A DNA stretch of 64,000 nt from a virus, in IMG/VR virus record IMGVR_UViG_3300031251_000002, positions 102,451 through 166,450 of that record. One strand, 5' to 3'. Position 1 is the first letter of the stretch. Each line of letters begins with the position of its first letter. This document shows positions 10,166-21,467 of the stretch, piece after piece. Below the pieces are notes generated by a model that saw only the letters and a program-made list of their open reading frames with translations, did not search any database and was not told the origin of the DNA. The translations under genes and the position numbers were made by a program.

Positions 10166-11190
10166 TGCCCACGCTGGCAACGATTCCCTTCACGACGGCT
10201 CCTAAGGTCCACAACATGGCGTGGCCCGCTACGAGTCCGACCGCGATCACGTACTCTGGCCGTTGGATCGTTCACGTTCAGCAGTGGGGCTGCTACATGA
10301 TCAATGCCGATACGGGTGTCTTTGAGTGGATCTCGCCGGTTGGCAAGATTGACGCCACCTTTCAAACTCCGGAGTTGGCGATAAGCGGTGACTGCTGGCA
10401 GTCTGGTGTAGCGATTGGTGTCAACCCAACGACAGCGAAGTGGATCGTAATCACTGGAACGCCGTCCTGCCCGGTTACCTTCCCGCTCTCGTACCCATTT
10501 CTTGGTCAAGCAGCAGGGCGCATTCAGGTCTGCCGAATGGACGGGGCTTTCGCCCCTCATCTGAGCTATGTCGGTGAGATTCGTGCCACTACGGTTGGGC
10601 GGGTAAACACGCAGCCAGTGGTGGTTGGCGACACGGCGTACTTCAAAGAGATCACTGGAACGACTTGGGCCTCGGTTGATCTCAATACGTTGACCGTAAC
10701 CGCGACAGGTCTTGGATCTGCCCCCGGCCCGTCCTATCAGACAGACATTGATGGGTACGTCTACACCATCAGTCCGGTAGTTCCCAATCCCGCCCCAAAT
10801 CCCTTCCCCGGTCCAAGCTCGTTCGTGGCGATTCGGAGCGATCAGATCAATCCCGGCGGTGGAGGTCTACCGGACATCACGTTCCAAGTTCAGGTTGCAG
10901 CCGGTGGGCCGAGTGGTCAGACGGTCGAGTACGTTATGACGAACGAGGATACAGGCACTACGTCCTCCATCGGGCTGACCGTGGCTCCCTACTCCTTGGT
11001 GTGGAAGGCGGACCAGATTGGGCGTCTTAAGGTGGAGGCACGATTGACGCGGGGCATCAACCAGTATTCGGCTTTCATCTTCATTCGGGTTACCTCTAAC
11101 ACCATTAATGGCACGGCAGTTCTGACCGGAATGGAAAGCTATGGCGGCTTGATAACCGGCTCAGCGAGCTTGACGGGAGTAGAGTCTTGA
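10165..11190 (+). CDS. Structural protein of unknown function
   Basis: 341-aa ORF within the structural operon, with a TAATG overlap. Confidence 0.55.
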   Translation: MPTLATIPFTTAPKVHNMAWPATSPTAITYSGRWIVHVQQWGCYMINADTGVFEWISPVGKIDATFQTPELAISGDCWQSGVAIGVNPTTAKWIVITGTPSCPVTFPLSYPFLGQAAGRIQVCRMDGAFAPHLSYVGEIRATTVGRVNTQPVVVGDTAYFKEITGTTWASVDLNTLTVTATGLGSAPGPSYQTDIDGYVYTISPVVPNPAPNPFPGPSSFVAIRSDQINPGGGGLPDITFQVQVAAGGPSGQTVEYVMTNEDTGTTSSIGLTVAPYSLVWKADQIGRLKVEARLTRGINQYSAFIFIRVTSNTINGTAVLTGMESYGGLITGSASLTGVES

Positions 11191-11241
11191 TAACTCAGAC
11201 AGTTTGCTCAATCTATAGGGCCTGTGGGGGATATTTCTAGC

Positions 11242-11775
11242 ATGGCAAACGCCGCAGCGACTGGTTTTCTGACCCCCGGAGCCATCAAGGCTATCGGGAT
11301 TGGTCCATCTTTCCCGTTTTCTTTCACGGGTCAGGGGGCAACCAACACGGTTGCTTCCTCCAATGGGCTAGACAAAATCAATCAGTCCATGCACATCATC
11401 CTGACAACTCGTCCCGGTGACCGGATCATGAACCCGGAGTTCGGATCTCGCCTGCCCGATCTCGTCTTTGAGCCGAACGATCAGGTTCTCAAGACCCTCT
11501 TGAACATTTACACGGCTGACGCTCTGCGGCGCTGGGAAAAGCGGATCATCATTACGGCTGTGACCTTCCCTTCAACGGACTCGGATGTGGAGAATGGCAT
11601 CGTTCGTATCCGCATCAACTACACGGTTCGTCAGACCAACACTCCCGGTAGCTTTGTGTTTCCGTTCCAGCGCTACCCGATGGGACAGGATCAGTTGGTT
11701 ACTGGAGCGCCGGTTCCTGCGCCGAACGCTGGCAGCGGAACGCTGGCCTCGCCCTACATTTCGTCTCCGATTTAA
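11242..11775 (+). CDS. Baseplate wedge gp25/W-like protein
   Basis: INQSMHIILTTRPGDRIMNPEFGSRLPDLVFEP...LRRWEKRI. ATG 11242 is preferred over GTG 11224. Confidence 0.9.
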   Translation: MANAAATGFLTPGAIKAIGIGPSFPFSFTGQGATNTVASSNGLDKINQSMHIILTTRPGDRIMNPEFGSRLPDLVFEPNDQVLKTLLNIYTADALRRWEKRIIITAVTFPSTDSDVENGIVRIRINYTVRQTNTPGSFVFPFQRYPMGQDQLVTGAPVPAPNAGSGTLASPYISSPI

Positions 11776-11778
11776 GAG

Positions 11779-13437
11779 GTGCCTGTGAGTACGCCCGCCA
11801 TTACCAGAATTCAGTACACCAGCAAGGATTTCGCAACCCTGCGAAATGAGCTAGAGGCACTCATTCCCATTCTCACGAATGGGCGATGGACGGACCTCAA
11901 CGAGTCCGACCCCGGCATCGCCATCGTTGAGCTTCTGACCGCGATGATGGACCTCCTCCTGTTCTATCAAGATCAGTCAGCAAACGAAGCTTTCCTCCCC
12001 ACGGCAGTTCAGCGCGGCGACGTTATCAACCTCGTCAAGCTGATTGACTACGCGCCCGCTTCCATCAAAAGCGCGGTGGGTAAGGTGGTTTTCAGCACCT
12101 TCAATGCTTCTACGGTACTGTCAGTCACCATCCCACCGTACACTCGCGTGTCAACAAATCGCGTCAGTGGAAATGAGTTCGTTACTACGACTGCTGATGG
12201 GGCTACGGACCCTACGCCCGTTCCAGTCACCATTCTTAATGGCCACACTCCAGTAACGATGAACGTCATTCAGGGGACCAAGGGCACCGACACCTTCAAC
12301 TCCGATGGGACACCCACGCAGCGCTTCAAGCTTTCGATGGCGGATATCGACACGACAACGGTGCTTCTGACAGTCAACGGTTTCCCGTGGGAAAAGGTTA
12401 CCTCCTTCGTCAGCGCAGATTTGAACGCGGAAGTTTTTGAGGTCAGCAGCGATTCCAAGGACAACGCCTATGTCACTTTTGGTGACGGACAGTTCGGTAT
12501 GATCCCTCCGACCGGGGCCACCATCTTGGTTACCTATGTGGTCTCAGAGGGTGTTACGGGTACGACCGGCGCTGGGAAGATCACGGTTCTTCTAGACACA
12601 CTTCAGGATTCAGCGCTTGTGAACGTTACCGGAATCACCGTTAACAACCCTGTGGCTACCGATTCGGGTCTGTCCTCAGAAACCATCGAGCGTACCAAGC
12701 AGTTGGCCCCTGCTCTTCTTGCGGCGTTGTTCACGGCCAAGTCCAAGGACGACTACAACGCGCTGGTCCAAGCTGCCTCCTCGGCGGTTACGAAGGTGAA
12801 CACATGGGGGGAGGCCGAAGAGAACCCGCCGAACTACAAACTGTTCAACAAGGTACAGATTGCCTTCGCCGGTCTCGGGACGGACGGGAAGATCCTGCTG
12901 CCAACCTCTTCTGAGTTCCCAGATGTCAAGGCAGCGATCATCGCGTACCTCAACTCGGGAAGCCGGAAGATCATCACGACGCGGAACGTTTTCATCGAGC
13001 CGCAGTTCGTGGATATCGTGATCACCGGAACTGTCTATGCGGACCTGATTCGGGTTGACCCGGCGACAGTGACAGCGGCTTGCACTCAGGCGTTGACGGA
13101 CGCATTCGGATACGCCGCTTCCGCTTTCGGGCAGGATATCTACGTCTCACAGATTCAGAACGTGCTGGCGCAGGTGCCGGGGGTTGTCTGGTCACAGGTA
13201 GCCTTGACCGCTGTCCCTGACACTTTCGTAGACACGACAACCCGGTATCAGTACAACACCTCTGTCTTCCCCAACGAGGTGGTGGGCGTGACGATCCAGA
13301 AGTTTGAGATTCCCATCGTTGAGGATGACCTTGTGACTGGCCGTCTTAGTGTGATCACGCACGTTAACCTGACCGTTGTAGACGCGGTTGATCAGCCGTC
13401 TGGTGGCGACGTTCTCAACAACCCCTGTGCTGTCTGA
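11779..13437 (+). CDS. Baseplate wedge gp6/J-like protein
   Basis: YTSKDFATLR...WTDLNESDPGIAIVEL...FYQDQSANEAFL...FGDGQFGMIPPTG. Confidence 0.9.
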   Translation: MPVSTPAITRIQYTSKDFATLRNELEALIPILTNGRWTDLNESDPGIAIVELLTAMMDLLLFYQDQSANEAFLPTAVQRGDVINLVKLIDYAPASIKSAVGKVVFSTFNASTVLSVTIPPYTRVSTNRVSGNEFVTTTADGATDPTPVPVTILNGHTPVTMNVIQGTKGTDTFNSDGTPTQRFKLSMADIDTTTVLLTVNGFPWEKVTSFVSADLNAEVFEVSSDSKDNAYVTFGDGQFGMIPPTGATILVTYVVSEGVTGTTGAGKITVLLDTLQDSALVNVTGITVNNPVATDSGLSSETIERTKQLAPALLAALFTAKSKDDYNALVQAASSAVTKVNTWGEAEENPPNYKLFNKVQIAFAGLGTDGKILLPTSSEFPDVKAAIIAYLNSGSRKIITTRNVFIEPQFVDIVITGTVYADLIRVDPATVTAACTQALTDAFGYAASAFGQDIYVSQIQNVLAQVPGVVWSQVALTAVPDTFVDTTTRYQYNTSVFPNEVVGVTIQKFEIPIVEDDLVTGRLSVITHVNLTVVDAVDQPSGGDVLNNPCAV

Positions 13438-15059
13438 TGGCCGTGACGTATACGCCTGTAATCACAGGCCCGCTTCTTGAGGGAGATACCGTTGTCGCCG
13501 GTTACTACCGGTCCGACAACTGGCTCACCTCGGTTTCCGCAACCTTCACTGGCGATGGAACCACAACTACGTTTTCGGGTGGAACGAGTTTACCTATCGT
13601 TCCGGGTAGTTTGGCCATCTCGGTGTTCAATCCCGTAGATAGTTATACTGATGATGGACTTGGAAACGTACTTTTCGGTGTTTCGATTGTTGGCACGATC
13701 AACTACAGTAATGGGAGTTTTAGTTTTACTACTCCACTGGGCCACACGCCCGTATCTGGTTCGGCCATCATTGTCACCGTTGCGTACTCTCCAGTCATCG
13801 CGGTCCTTCTAGACGGAATTAAGGTTGGTGAGCTAACTGTCGATACGACAGCTACGCCAGTCCCGAACATCAACTTCGGTACTGAAGATGTTCCCAACCT
13901 CCAGTCTGCGTGGGCTTGGTACTATCCGCCCAACCCCTTCAACGTTGATCCAGCCCCAGCGCTCGATCCAGCACTAACTCGTCGCCAGCGCGTAGACGCT
14001 CGCGCTCAGGTGCAGGGTTACGACTGGAGCGGACTGGCAGAGCAGATTGTAATCACCCAGTATTTCCGGAAGAACCTGATCAACTTCGTTCCCCCGGAAT
14101 TCACCTACCTCGACGGCCTGACCGGGTACAACGATCTGGCTAACTTCGTTCAGATCCTTGCGGTGACGCTGGATGAGGTGAAGGACTACATTGACAGCTT
14201 TGTTGAAATTTTTGACATTGACCGTTGCGACTCCAAGTACCTGCCGTACATCGCCGTCATACTCGGTTACAGCCTCAACAAGACTGACTCTCTCGACTCT
14301 CAGAGGCGTCAGCTTAAAAACGCAGTTGCTTGGTACAAGGTCAAGGGAACCTTTGAGTCTTTCCGAATTCTCTTCTACTCCCTAGGGTACACGATCCAAC
14401 TGTGGGAGTTGTGGACAGAGGACTACTCGTTCTTCTTCAAGACGCTGCCCGGAGACCCCCCGGACACGGTGGCGGACTCAGTGCCTCCGACCGATCCACG
14501 ACTCATCGAGAACGGTGGAACTTGGTATCGGTCACCACACTTTGCGATTGAATTTGTGGCGCTTGGTACGCCAAACCTGACTGCCGCTGGCCTTCGTTAC
14601 ATCATCTCGCGCATCTCCCAGATCCGGCCCGCGCACACGGTTTTGGAATACCTTGAGTACCTGCTGGCGATGGAAGACGACTACGAGCTTCAGGATGAGA
14701 ACTACTACAACATCATGAACTACCCGTGGCTCGATGACGGGTGGTACACGGGGTACTGCTCCATCCCGGACACGGTGTACGTCCGCTCGGGTGACCTGTT
14801 CCCCAACTTCCCCATCTTCCCGACCCGGAACGGGACCGATACACATGACATCAAGATGTACTCGGAGATCCCCGGCTTCCCGGTAATCACTGATCCATTG
14901 ACTTCACTTCCAATGGATCCATCTATGCGTGGATCGCGTTCACCGCTGCCGCGCATCTGCAATCCGGTAGAGACTTTGACGGTTACTCTCGCAGCAGCGG
15001 CTCCCGTTGTAGACGGCGGAGTGCAGGTTGTTGACAGCGGCGTGGATGTTATTTCTTAA
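13437..15059 (+). CDS. Baseplate/tail protein I (P2 gpI / gp7-like) with an N-terminal extension
   Basis: FDIDRCDSKYLPYIAVILG...LKNAVAWYKVKGT...IRPAHT. Confidence 0.8.
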   Translation: MAVTYTPVITGPLLEGDTVVAGYYRSDNWLTSVSATFTGDGTTTTFSGGTSLPIVPGSLAISVFNPVDSYTDDGLGNVLFGVSIVGTINYSNGSFSFTTPLGHTPVSGSAIIVTVAYSPVIAVLLDGIKVGELTVDTTATPVPNINFGTEDVPNLQSAWAWYYPPNPFNVDPAPALDPALTRRQRVDARAQVQGYDWSGLAEQIVITQYFRKNLINFVPPEFTYLDGLTGYNDLANFVQILAVTLDEVKDYIDSFVEIFDIDRCDSKYLPYIAVILGYSLNKTDSLDSQRRQLKNAVAWYKVKGTFESFRILFYSLGYTIQLWELWTEDYSFFFKTLPGDPPDTVADSVPPTDPRLIENGGTWYRSPHFAIEFVALGTPNLTAAGLRYIISRISQIRPAHTVLEYLEYLLAMEDDYELQDENYYNIMNYPWLDDGWYTGYCSIPDTVYVRSGDLFPNFPIFPTRNGTDTHDIKMYSEIPGFPVITDPLTSLPMDPSMRGSRSPLPRICNPVETLTVTLAAAAPVVDGGVQVVDSGVDVIS

Positions 15060-15068
15060 GGGACTAAA

Positions 15069-15992
15069 ATGACTGTTGAACACAATACTCTGGCTGGGAC
15101 ATCTCTTCATGAGTCGTTTCACTACGTTCAGACCTCCGACCCCGGCTCGGTGGGCGCAGGGAAATACTGGCTCAATACGACCTCTGCGCCCTACGTTTTG
15201 AGCCGCCGCGATGCTGGAAACACATCATGGATCACCGTTGGCTCGACCGGAGGTGGTGGTGCGAGTGTAGGCGCTTACGGCTCGCGTCCTGCGGGATCCG
15301 ATGGCGACTTCTATCAGGCCAACGACTCGGCAATCTACAGCATCCATTCGGGTGGAAACTGGATTGACTACTATCAGGGTCACCCTATTACGGTGCCCAA
15401 CAGCGGCAGCTACGCTTGGGTTAACCAAGGTGGTGCGGCTGTGGCGACGGTTGGCGGCATGACCAAGTTAACTGCTCCTGCTACCGGCGCGGCGAACAAC
15501 ATGCGAATCCGGAAGAAGGCGGTTCCGTCTACGCCATACACGGTGGTTGGGAAGTTCCTAATCGGTCAGTTTTTGGCCCAGAACTACCATCAGTTTGGGA
15601 TGCTCTTTAGAGACTCGGGCAGCAGCAAGTTGGTAGTCAATCAGGTGTCAAACGACTCAACTGGCGCACTGGCCATCGTGTCGAACAAGATGACCAACGA
15701 GACGACCTTCAGTGCGGCCTACTCCGGTTCGGTGGCAAACTTCAAGTCGTACGGTGCGATTGTGACCCCCGGCTCCATTCTTACGTTGGGTCTGATGGAT
15801 GATGGAAGCACCAATAGAAAAGTCGGTTACTCCTTCGATTGCGGCTTGACATGGTACGCCTTCGACTCGGAGACGAGGACCGACTTCTTGACCGCGAATG
15901 AAGTTGGCTTCTGGGCGCAGTCCGGTGGCGCAGCGAACGATTGCGTCATCTACCTTCTGAGTTGGGAAGAGTACAACTCCGCGCTCTTCTAG
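15069..15992 (+). CDS. Tail fibre / receptor-binding accessory protein
   Basis: SD GGGA; fibre-like N-terminus (SDPGSVGAGKYWLNT) and a beta-sandwich-like C-terminus. Confidence 0.55.
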   Translation: MTVEHNTLAGTSLHESFHYVQTSDPGSVGAGKYWLNTTSAPYVLSRRDAGNTSWITVGSTGGGGASVGAYGSRPAGSDGDFYQANDSAIYSIHSGGNWIDYYQGHPITVPNSGSYAWVNQGGAAVATVGGMTKLTAPATGAANNMRIRKKAVPSTPYTVVGKFLIGQFLAQNYHQFGMLFRDSGSSKLVVNQVSNDSTGALAIVSNKMTNETTFSAAYSGSVANFKSYGAIVTPGSILTLGLMDDGSTNRKVGYSFDCGLTWYAFDSETRTDFLTANEVGFWAQSGGAANDCVIYLLSWEEYNSALF

Positions 15993-16062
15993 AAACCGCT
16001 TAAATTTTCAAGCCCTATCCGTCCAAATAGCCAGCCCGTAGGATACTTATTTTGAGGAAAAC

Positions 16063-16557
16063 ATGAAGAAGTGGCTGAGTCCGAATTTTTTCAAACCCCG
16101 TGGCATGGTAGAGCGGGTGGATGTGGCTGGCTATCTCACCGTCAAGGTCATAAAAGCCGCCACTGGCGATGTTGTACAGGTCGAAGAGGGCAAGAACATC
16201 GTCTGCAACGGCGGTCGAACCGCCCTGAGCCACCTCTTTGCGGGCGATGACGTTGTTAACCAGCAGATAGTCAACATTGAGTTTGGTGACGCAACCGGCG
16301 TCGTGGACATCGCTGACACTGCTCTTTTCGGTTCGCTGATCATCACCAAGCCGGTTACCCCGTCCTTCCCGGCGTCTACGACGGTTGTCTTTACCGGCAC
16401 GGTCGGTCAGTTTGAAGGAAACGGTTCGGGTAGTCAGGTCTATCAAGAAGCAGCACTCTTAACAGGTAATGGGACGTTTGCAACTCATCGTGCGTTCGGC
16501 AGTATTACGAAAGACAACACCGTGGTCCTGTTAGCAACATGGACATTCGTGTTCTAA
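16063..16557 (+). CDS. Tail-collar / fibre adaptor protein
   Basis: KNIVCNGGRTAL...IEFGD...DTAL...QEAALLTG...ITKD...TWTFVF; SD GAGG. Confidence 0.7.
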   Translation: MKKWLSPNFFKPRGMVERVDVAGYLTVKVIKAATGDVVQVEEGKNIVCNGGRTALSHLFAGDDVVNQQIVNIEFGDATGVVDIADTALFGSLIITKPVTPSFPASTTVVFTGTVGQFEGNGSGSQVYQEAALLTGNGTFATHRAFGSITKDNTVVLLATWTFVF

Positions 16558-16568
16558 CGGAGATTTGA

Positions 16569-19500
16569 ATGGCAATTCCTGCAAGTCCTGATCTAATCAC
16601 CGTTCTGACCTCAGACGGTGATGTTGATCTATTTCTGCCGTCCGACATCTATCGGTATGACTTCGATAACCGTCCGCTTCGTAACCTCATTCTGAATGAC
16701 GAGAGTCTTCAGACCGGGGCGAACGAGGCGATTACAGAGACATTCAACTCCCGCTATCCGGGTGTTGACTGGCTGACAACGACAGGTGCGCGAGGCCCAT
16801 ACCTAAACCTTAAGGCTCGTCTTGACGACATGGATTCGTCCGTCAAGAAGAACATCTACAGCCTTAATCAAGAACTGGCTGCTCGCTACCGGAGTCAGTA
16901 CGCCTCGGGCTTCTTCCTGAAGACAGGAGAGGTCTACGATGCCAACGTATTTGACGTAGTGAGCGCGTCCAGCACCCACATCCCGTTCGGTGCGATCTGC
17001 GTCCCGGATGCGAACCCGAATGACGTTAGCTCCAACCTCACATCTTCGATTCCTGCCAACTCGGTTTGGATCTCGACTCATGAGGGAACACGCTCGCCCT
17101 TTGTGGCTAAGCCGATTGAGGCGATGCTGGGCGGTTTCCATGTCCGTCTGTTCAACGAGTCCGCGCATGGCGCAGCCACATCTGGCTTCACCAACGGCGT
17201 GTCGATCCTGTTCGATGCAGCCCCAAGCAGCGGTCAGCGCTTCGATCTCGCCTTCCTAGAGTTCTGGTTCGCCCCGGTTGACGGCGGGCTGGCCAACACA
17301 GGTGGCACCGACTCCTTCTACGAGTACGGCGCTGTAGACTCCAACGCTTCACGGTCTGTTGACCAGTCAGCCGCAGCGGTTCAGGGAACCGTGTGGTTCG
17401 ATCCGACTACGATTGGCAACTACATTCAGTTGCGCCATCGGATCCGCGTCGTATCGAACATTGATTACGTCAACAAGCCATTCGGCATCAACGATGCGTC
17501 TGTCGTTGCACAGGGCGGTGCCGGTTCCCCGGTCGGTGGAAAGACATTCGTCAACGGCCTGTCGGTAATCAGCGATCCGGCGATCTGGGTTGCTGGAAGT
17601 GGCTCAGGCGGCGACAAGACAGCCCTCGGCACCTCGGATGGGTACGTGTACGCGATCCCGATGATGATCGTTTCGCGTAAGAACACGGCTGCGTGGAGCC
17701 TCTCTAATCAGAACGGCGGTCAGGCATCCAACTTCGGTGCTGGCGGACGACCGGATGGTTACACGCACCAGAAGTTCTCGCGTGGCGACATTCTTGACAT
17801 CCGTCCTCGCGCTTTCATGGATCGTACGAGCCTGATTGACGCGACTGAGGAATCATTCGACAAGCTGCTTCGTGGACGCCTTTTGACGGCCATGAGCCAG
17901 ATGTCCTACGAAGCCGGTTCGGATCTGTTCACCCAGTCACACCTAGGAACGTTTACGGATCCAGTCGGGATGTACGGAACCGAGCTTCTGGAGATGAACC
18001 AGCTTGGTACGACGAACACCGCGCACACGCATCCGATTCGTGACTTTTTGGACAACGGTTCGCTCGCCGTCGCTAGGCCAACGGGTTTGCGTCGTGTCTT
18101 CAGCCCAAGTCGGGATACGCAGGTTCAACCGTTCCACATCAACTTGAATGGTGGAGCAACGACCAATGCAGATTTCGTGACATGGGCACCTCCGGTCATT
18201 ACCTTGTTTGCAGCCGGTGTTTCGGCTCTCGGTCCTGCGAACGCAGTGATCGAAAGCGTTCCCATCATGTCGTGGCGCACCACGCACCTGCCGGTTGTTA
18301 CCATCGGTAATTGGTCAGGAATCGGCACCAATCAAGCAACCGCGACGGTTGATACGGGCGGGGTTGGTTATGACGCGACCGACACGATTGACGGGGCAGT
18401 GAACATCCGCTGGCCACAGTCAACCGGTCTGCGCCACTCGCCTACGCGGATTGACTATCAAGACTGGACCGCTGGCGCGAACGGATCTGGCAGCATCACC
18501 CCGTCCATCCGGGCTACCGGGTTGAACGGCGGTACGGGTGGCGCTCAGGGTCCGACCGGCCTCTTTGTTTCAACAGACGGCCACATCTACGTCTGCGATA
18601 CTAGCAATCACCGGATTCAAATCTATGCTCCGCCCGCACCGACTGATACGACGTTCACCATCGTAGGTCAGTTCCCCGGCTCAATCGGCACGTTGCCGGG
18701 TCCGGGATCTGACAACGCGCATCTAAATTCCCCACAGGCTGTGGCGGTTGATGGTTCTGGCAACATCTATGTTGCTGACACCAACAATCATCGGGTTGTG
18801 AAGCTGTCCAATGCGCTTCCGCTACCGGCCTACGTGAGCCAGTTCGGCACTGGCAGCATTGGAACAGGAACGACACATCTCAACACCCCACAGGGCGTTG
18901 TGGCTGGCGTCTCCAACGTCTACATCTCTGACACGAACAACTATCGTGTAGTGAAGCTTGACGGTTCATTGACCTTCGTAGACCAGTTCGGCGTAACCGG
19001 TGTACCGGGTTCGGATGCGACCCACTGCTTGAGTCCGCAGCGCCTCACGACTGGCATTGGTGGTTCGGGTGGTCGCCTCATCGTGGCTGACCAGACCCGC
19101 GTTCTAGTTTTGAACTCTGCCCCCTCACCGATGACGCTTGATCGGGTTCTTGTGGGTGGTCAGGGCTATGCAGACGGCACAGCCATCACCGCTTTGAACG
19201 CCATCAAGTCCATGGCTATCGTAGAAGACAGCAGCGGTAACAAGTACGTCAGCGGCGGTGGAACCTCAGCCATCTTCAAATTCAACTCGTCGTGGGTTCT
19301 TCAGGCCAAGTTTGGTGCGGGTACGAATGACCTGACAAGCTTGTGGTACGGCCCTGCGGATCCTAATTTCAACACGCATTGCGGGCTTACCGGGAACATC
19401 GTTGTTGATTCGGCAAACGGCTTTGTCTACGTAGCTGACAACACCTACGGCGTCTCCCCCGGCTATGCGCGAGTCCTAGTTCTTAATATTGCTGACTTGA

Positions 19501-21467
19501 CGTATCACAATGAGCTTTTGCTTTCGACGCCGCGTCCGTGGATGGACGGCTCGTCAGTTCTCCCGAAGTCCCCGACCCCGAACTACGTGCAGCCGTCCTG
19601 CAACATCGCTATGGATCTGGTCAACACGGAGATTTACATCACTCTGGACACGCTGGCATGCGTAGAAAAGTGGGACACCTCCCCGAGCGCGGGCAACCCG
19701 AATCTCTGGGCATACGAGACCAAGTTTGGCAATGGAACGCACATCACGGAATGGCCGTACTATCAAGGCTGGCGCAGTCCTGCTGACGATGCTCACAGCT
19801 TCTCGTTCCCCAAGACGGTCGCTGTCTCTCCCGATGGTTCGACCCTGTACGTGGGCGATCAGAATTTCCGAGCGCTTAACGACGGCCACCACGCAAGCCG
19901 TATCGTTAGCCTGACATGCAACACGGTCCCGATGACCATGAACGCATGGTTTGGCGACCTGAACGTAGCTGACACCTCTTGCGACCTCGGCTCAACCACT
20001 GACACGCCGTACTTCCAGTCCGTCAGCGGGCTGGTGGCGCAGGGAACCCGCGTTTACGCAACCGATGCGTACGCGAACCCGCCGCTTCTCGTTGTTCTTG
20101 ATGTCGCTGGCTGGACGGGAGTGACCCGAGTTACCGCGCCGTTCAAGGAAGCGATTACAGACACGACATGGACCTCAGCCAGCATCCCGGCTAGCGGTGT
20201 AAGCAGCAACTACCTGACGGTCAACGGGGGCAACTACAACGCTGTTCTAGGCGACTCGACGGTGCTGTACATCAACCCCGGTTTCTCGACCCAGCGCTGG
20301 GCTATCGACAACAGTGTTGTAACCGGCGCAAGTGTCGATAACCCGTTACGCGCTTTCCTGACCCTCGGAACCGGGATCGCGGTGCAGAAGCCGATTCAAA
20401 GCACCCAGCCGTTTGTCGGTGTCAGCGGTGTCTGGTACGACGCTTCAGTTACCCCAAACCGACTGGTGATCTCGGATCAAGTGACCAACGAAGTCTATGT
20501 CGTTTCGGTAGACATTGACACAAACTCGCTCCCAGCAGACTTCACGCTTCTGGGCGAGGCGGGCACCGCAGGTGTCTCAGGCTTCGGCTTCGGTGGCTGG
20601 GCACATCCAACGTCGGTCGCCATGAAGCAGTTGAGTGGAATCGACTACTTCTACTACACGGACTTCTACAACGGCTCGCTCCAGCGGTCATCGCCGTACT
20701 TTGCCTTCATCGAACGCGGAACCGGGCGGATCGAATGTCTTCTGCCGCCACCGGCAGGAACGACACTCCGGGTCTACTCGCGGTTCACCCCCTATCAGGG
20801 TGTCTACGTGCGGCCTGACTTCCTTGGCAACTCCGCGCACAACTCGACGGCCTACGCCCAGTCCTTGTTTGCTTCGCGCCTAGTCGTGAAGCCGTACAAG
20901 ATGCTGGCAACGACCCTTGGCCGGGTAGGTATCGACTCCGGAAACCTGATCACTGAGACCGCCTACTCTTCGCCGCTATCCCATCTTCCGCTTCCTCTGG
21001 GAACGACGACGGAGTACGCATGGCAGGGGGATCGCCTTCAGTTCATCGGGGACATGATCTCTCCGTCCAGCCTAGTGGTCCTGCCGCTGGTTCAGCTTGG
21101 CTCACAGCCTCAGGAGTGGGACACCGACTCGGAGTCCTTCTACGAGCGCTCAACCCGCATCGGTCGGCTGGAGGATCCAATCCTTAACAACGGCCACGGT
21201 GGAGCGCCCAGCTACACGCTGGCATCCAACGAGTTCCCGGTTGTTCAGTCCTTCTCGCTGTCCAACGTGGTTCCACACATCAACTACACATGGGGCACGG
21301 TTGATTACTATGGTGAGCTTCTCTTGTTCGTTCGCGGTGACTTCAATCTAAGTAACAAGAACGTCGTTGGTCCTAGGATCAATCCGTTCGTTCAGACAAA
21401 CACTGTTGTTGAGCTATACCGGATGAATGGAAACCCCTTCACTCGGATGGTTGAGACTAGAGGCTAA
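16569..21467 (+). CDS. Large tail fibre protein with NHL beta-propeller repeats
   Basis: 1632 aa; repeated units GPTGLFVSTDGHIYVCDTSNHRIQ, LNSPQAVAVDGSGNIYVADTNNHRVVK and LNTPQGV...YISDTNNYRVVK. Confidence 0.8.
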   Translation: MAIPASPDLITVLTSDGDVDLFLPSDIYRYDFDNRPLRNLILNDESLQTGANEAITETFNSRYPGVDWLTTTGARGPYLNLKARLDDMDSSVKKNIYSLNQELAARYRSQYASGFFLKTGEVYDANVFDVVSASSTHIPFGAICVPDANPNDVSSNLTSSIPANSVWISTHEGTRSPFVAKPIEAMLGGFHVRLFNESAHGAATSGFTNGVSILFDAAPSSGQRFDLAFLEFWFAPVDGGLANTGGTDSFYEYGAVDSNASRSVDQSAAAVQGTVWFDPTTIGNYIQLRHRIRVVSNIDYVNKPFGINDASVVAQGGAGSPVGGKTFVNGLSVISDPAIWVAGSGSGGDKTALGTSDGYVYAIPMMIVSRKNTAAWSLSNQNGGQASNFGAGGRPDGYTHQKFSRGDILDIRPRAFMDRTSLIDATEESFDKLLRGRLLTAMSQMSYEAGSDLFTQSHLGTFTDPVGMYGTELLEMNQLGTTNTAHTHPIRDFLDNGSLAVARPTGLRRVFSPSRDTQVQPFHINLNGGATTNADFVTWAPPVITLFAAGVSALGPANAVIESVPIMSWRTTHLPVVTIGNWSGIGTNQATATVDTGGVGYDATDTIDGAVNIRWPQSTGLRHSPTRIDYQDWTAGANGSGSITPSIRATGLNGGTGGAQGPTGLFVSTDGHIYVCDTSNHRIQIYAPPAPTDTTFTIVGQFPGSIGTLPGPGSDNAHLNSPQAVAVDGSGNIYVADTNNHRVVKLSNALPLPAYVSQFGTGSIGTGTTHLNTPQGVVAGVSNVYISDTNNYRVVKLDGSLTFVDQFGVTGVPGSDATHCLSPQRLTTGIGGSGGRLIVADQTRVLVLNSAPSPMTLDRVLVGGQGYADGTAITALNAIKSMAIVEDSSGNKYVSGGGTSAIFKFNSSWVLQAKFGAGTNDLTSLWYGPADPNFNTHCGLTGNIVVDSANGFVYVADNTYGVSPGYARVLVLNIADLTYHNELLLSTPRPWMDGSSVLPKSPTPNYVQPSCNIAMDLVNTEIYITLDTLACVEKWDTSPSAGNPNLWAYETKFGNGTHITEWPYYQGWRSPADDAHSFSFPKTVAVSPDGSTLYVGDQNFRALNDGHHASRIVSLTCNTVPMTMNAWFGDLNVADTSCDLGSTTDTPYFQSVSGLVAQGTRVYATDAYANPPLLVVLDVAGWTGVTRVTAPFKEAITDTTWTSASIPASGVSSNYLTVNGGNYNAVLGDSTVLYINPGFSTQRWAIDNSVVTGASVDNPLRAFLTLGTGIAVQKPIQSTQPFVGVSGVWYDASVTPNRLVISDQVTNEVYVVSVDIDTNSLPADFTLLGEAGTAGVSGFGFGGWAHPTSVAMKQLSGIDYFYYTDFYNGSLQRSSPYFAFIERGTGRIECLLPPPAGTTLRVYSRFTPYQGVYVRPDFLGNSAHNSTAYAQSLFASRLVVKPYKMLATTLGRVGIDSGNLITETAYSSPLSHLPLPLGTTTEYAWQGDRLQFIGDMISPSSLVVLPLVQLGSQPQEWDTDSESFYERSTRIGRLEDPILNNGHGGAPSYTLASNEFPVVQSFSLSNVVPHINYTWGTVDYYGELLLFVRGDFNLSNKNVVGPRINPFVQTNTVVELYRMNGNPFTRMVETRG

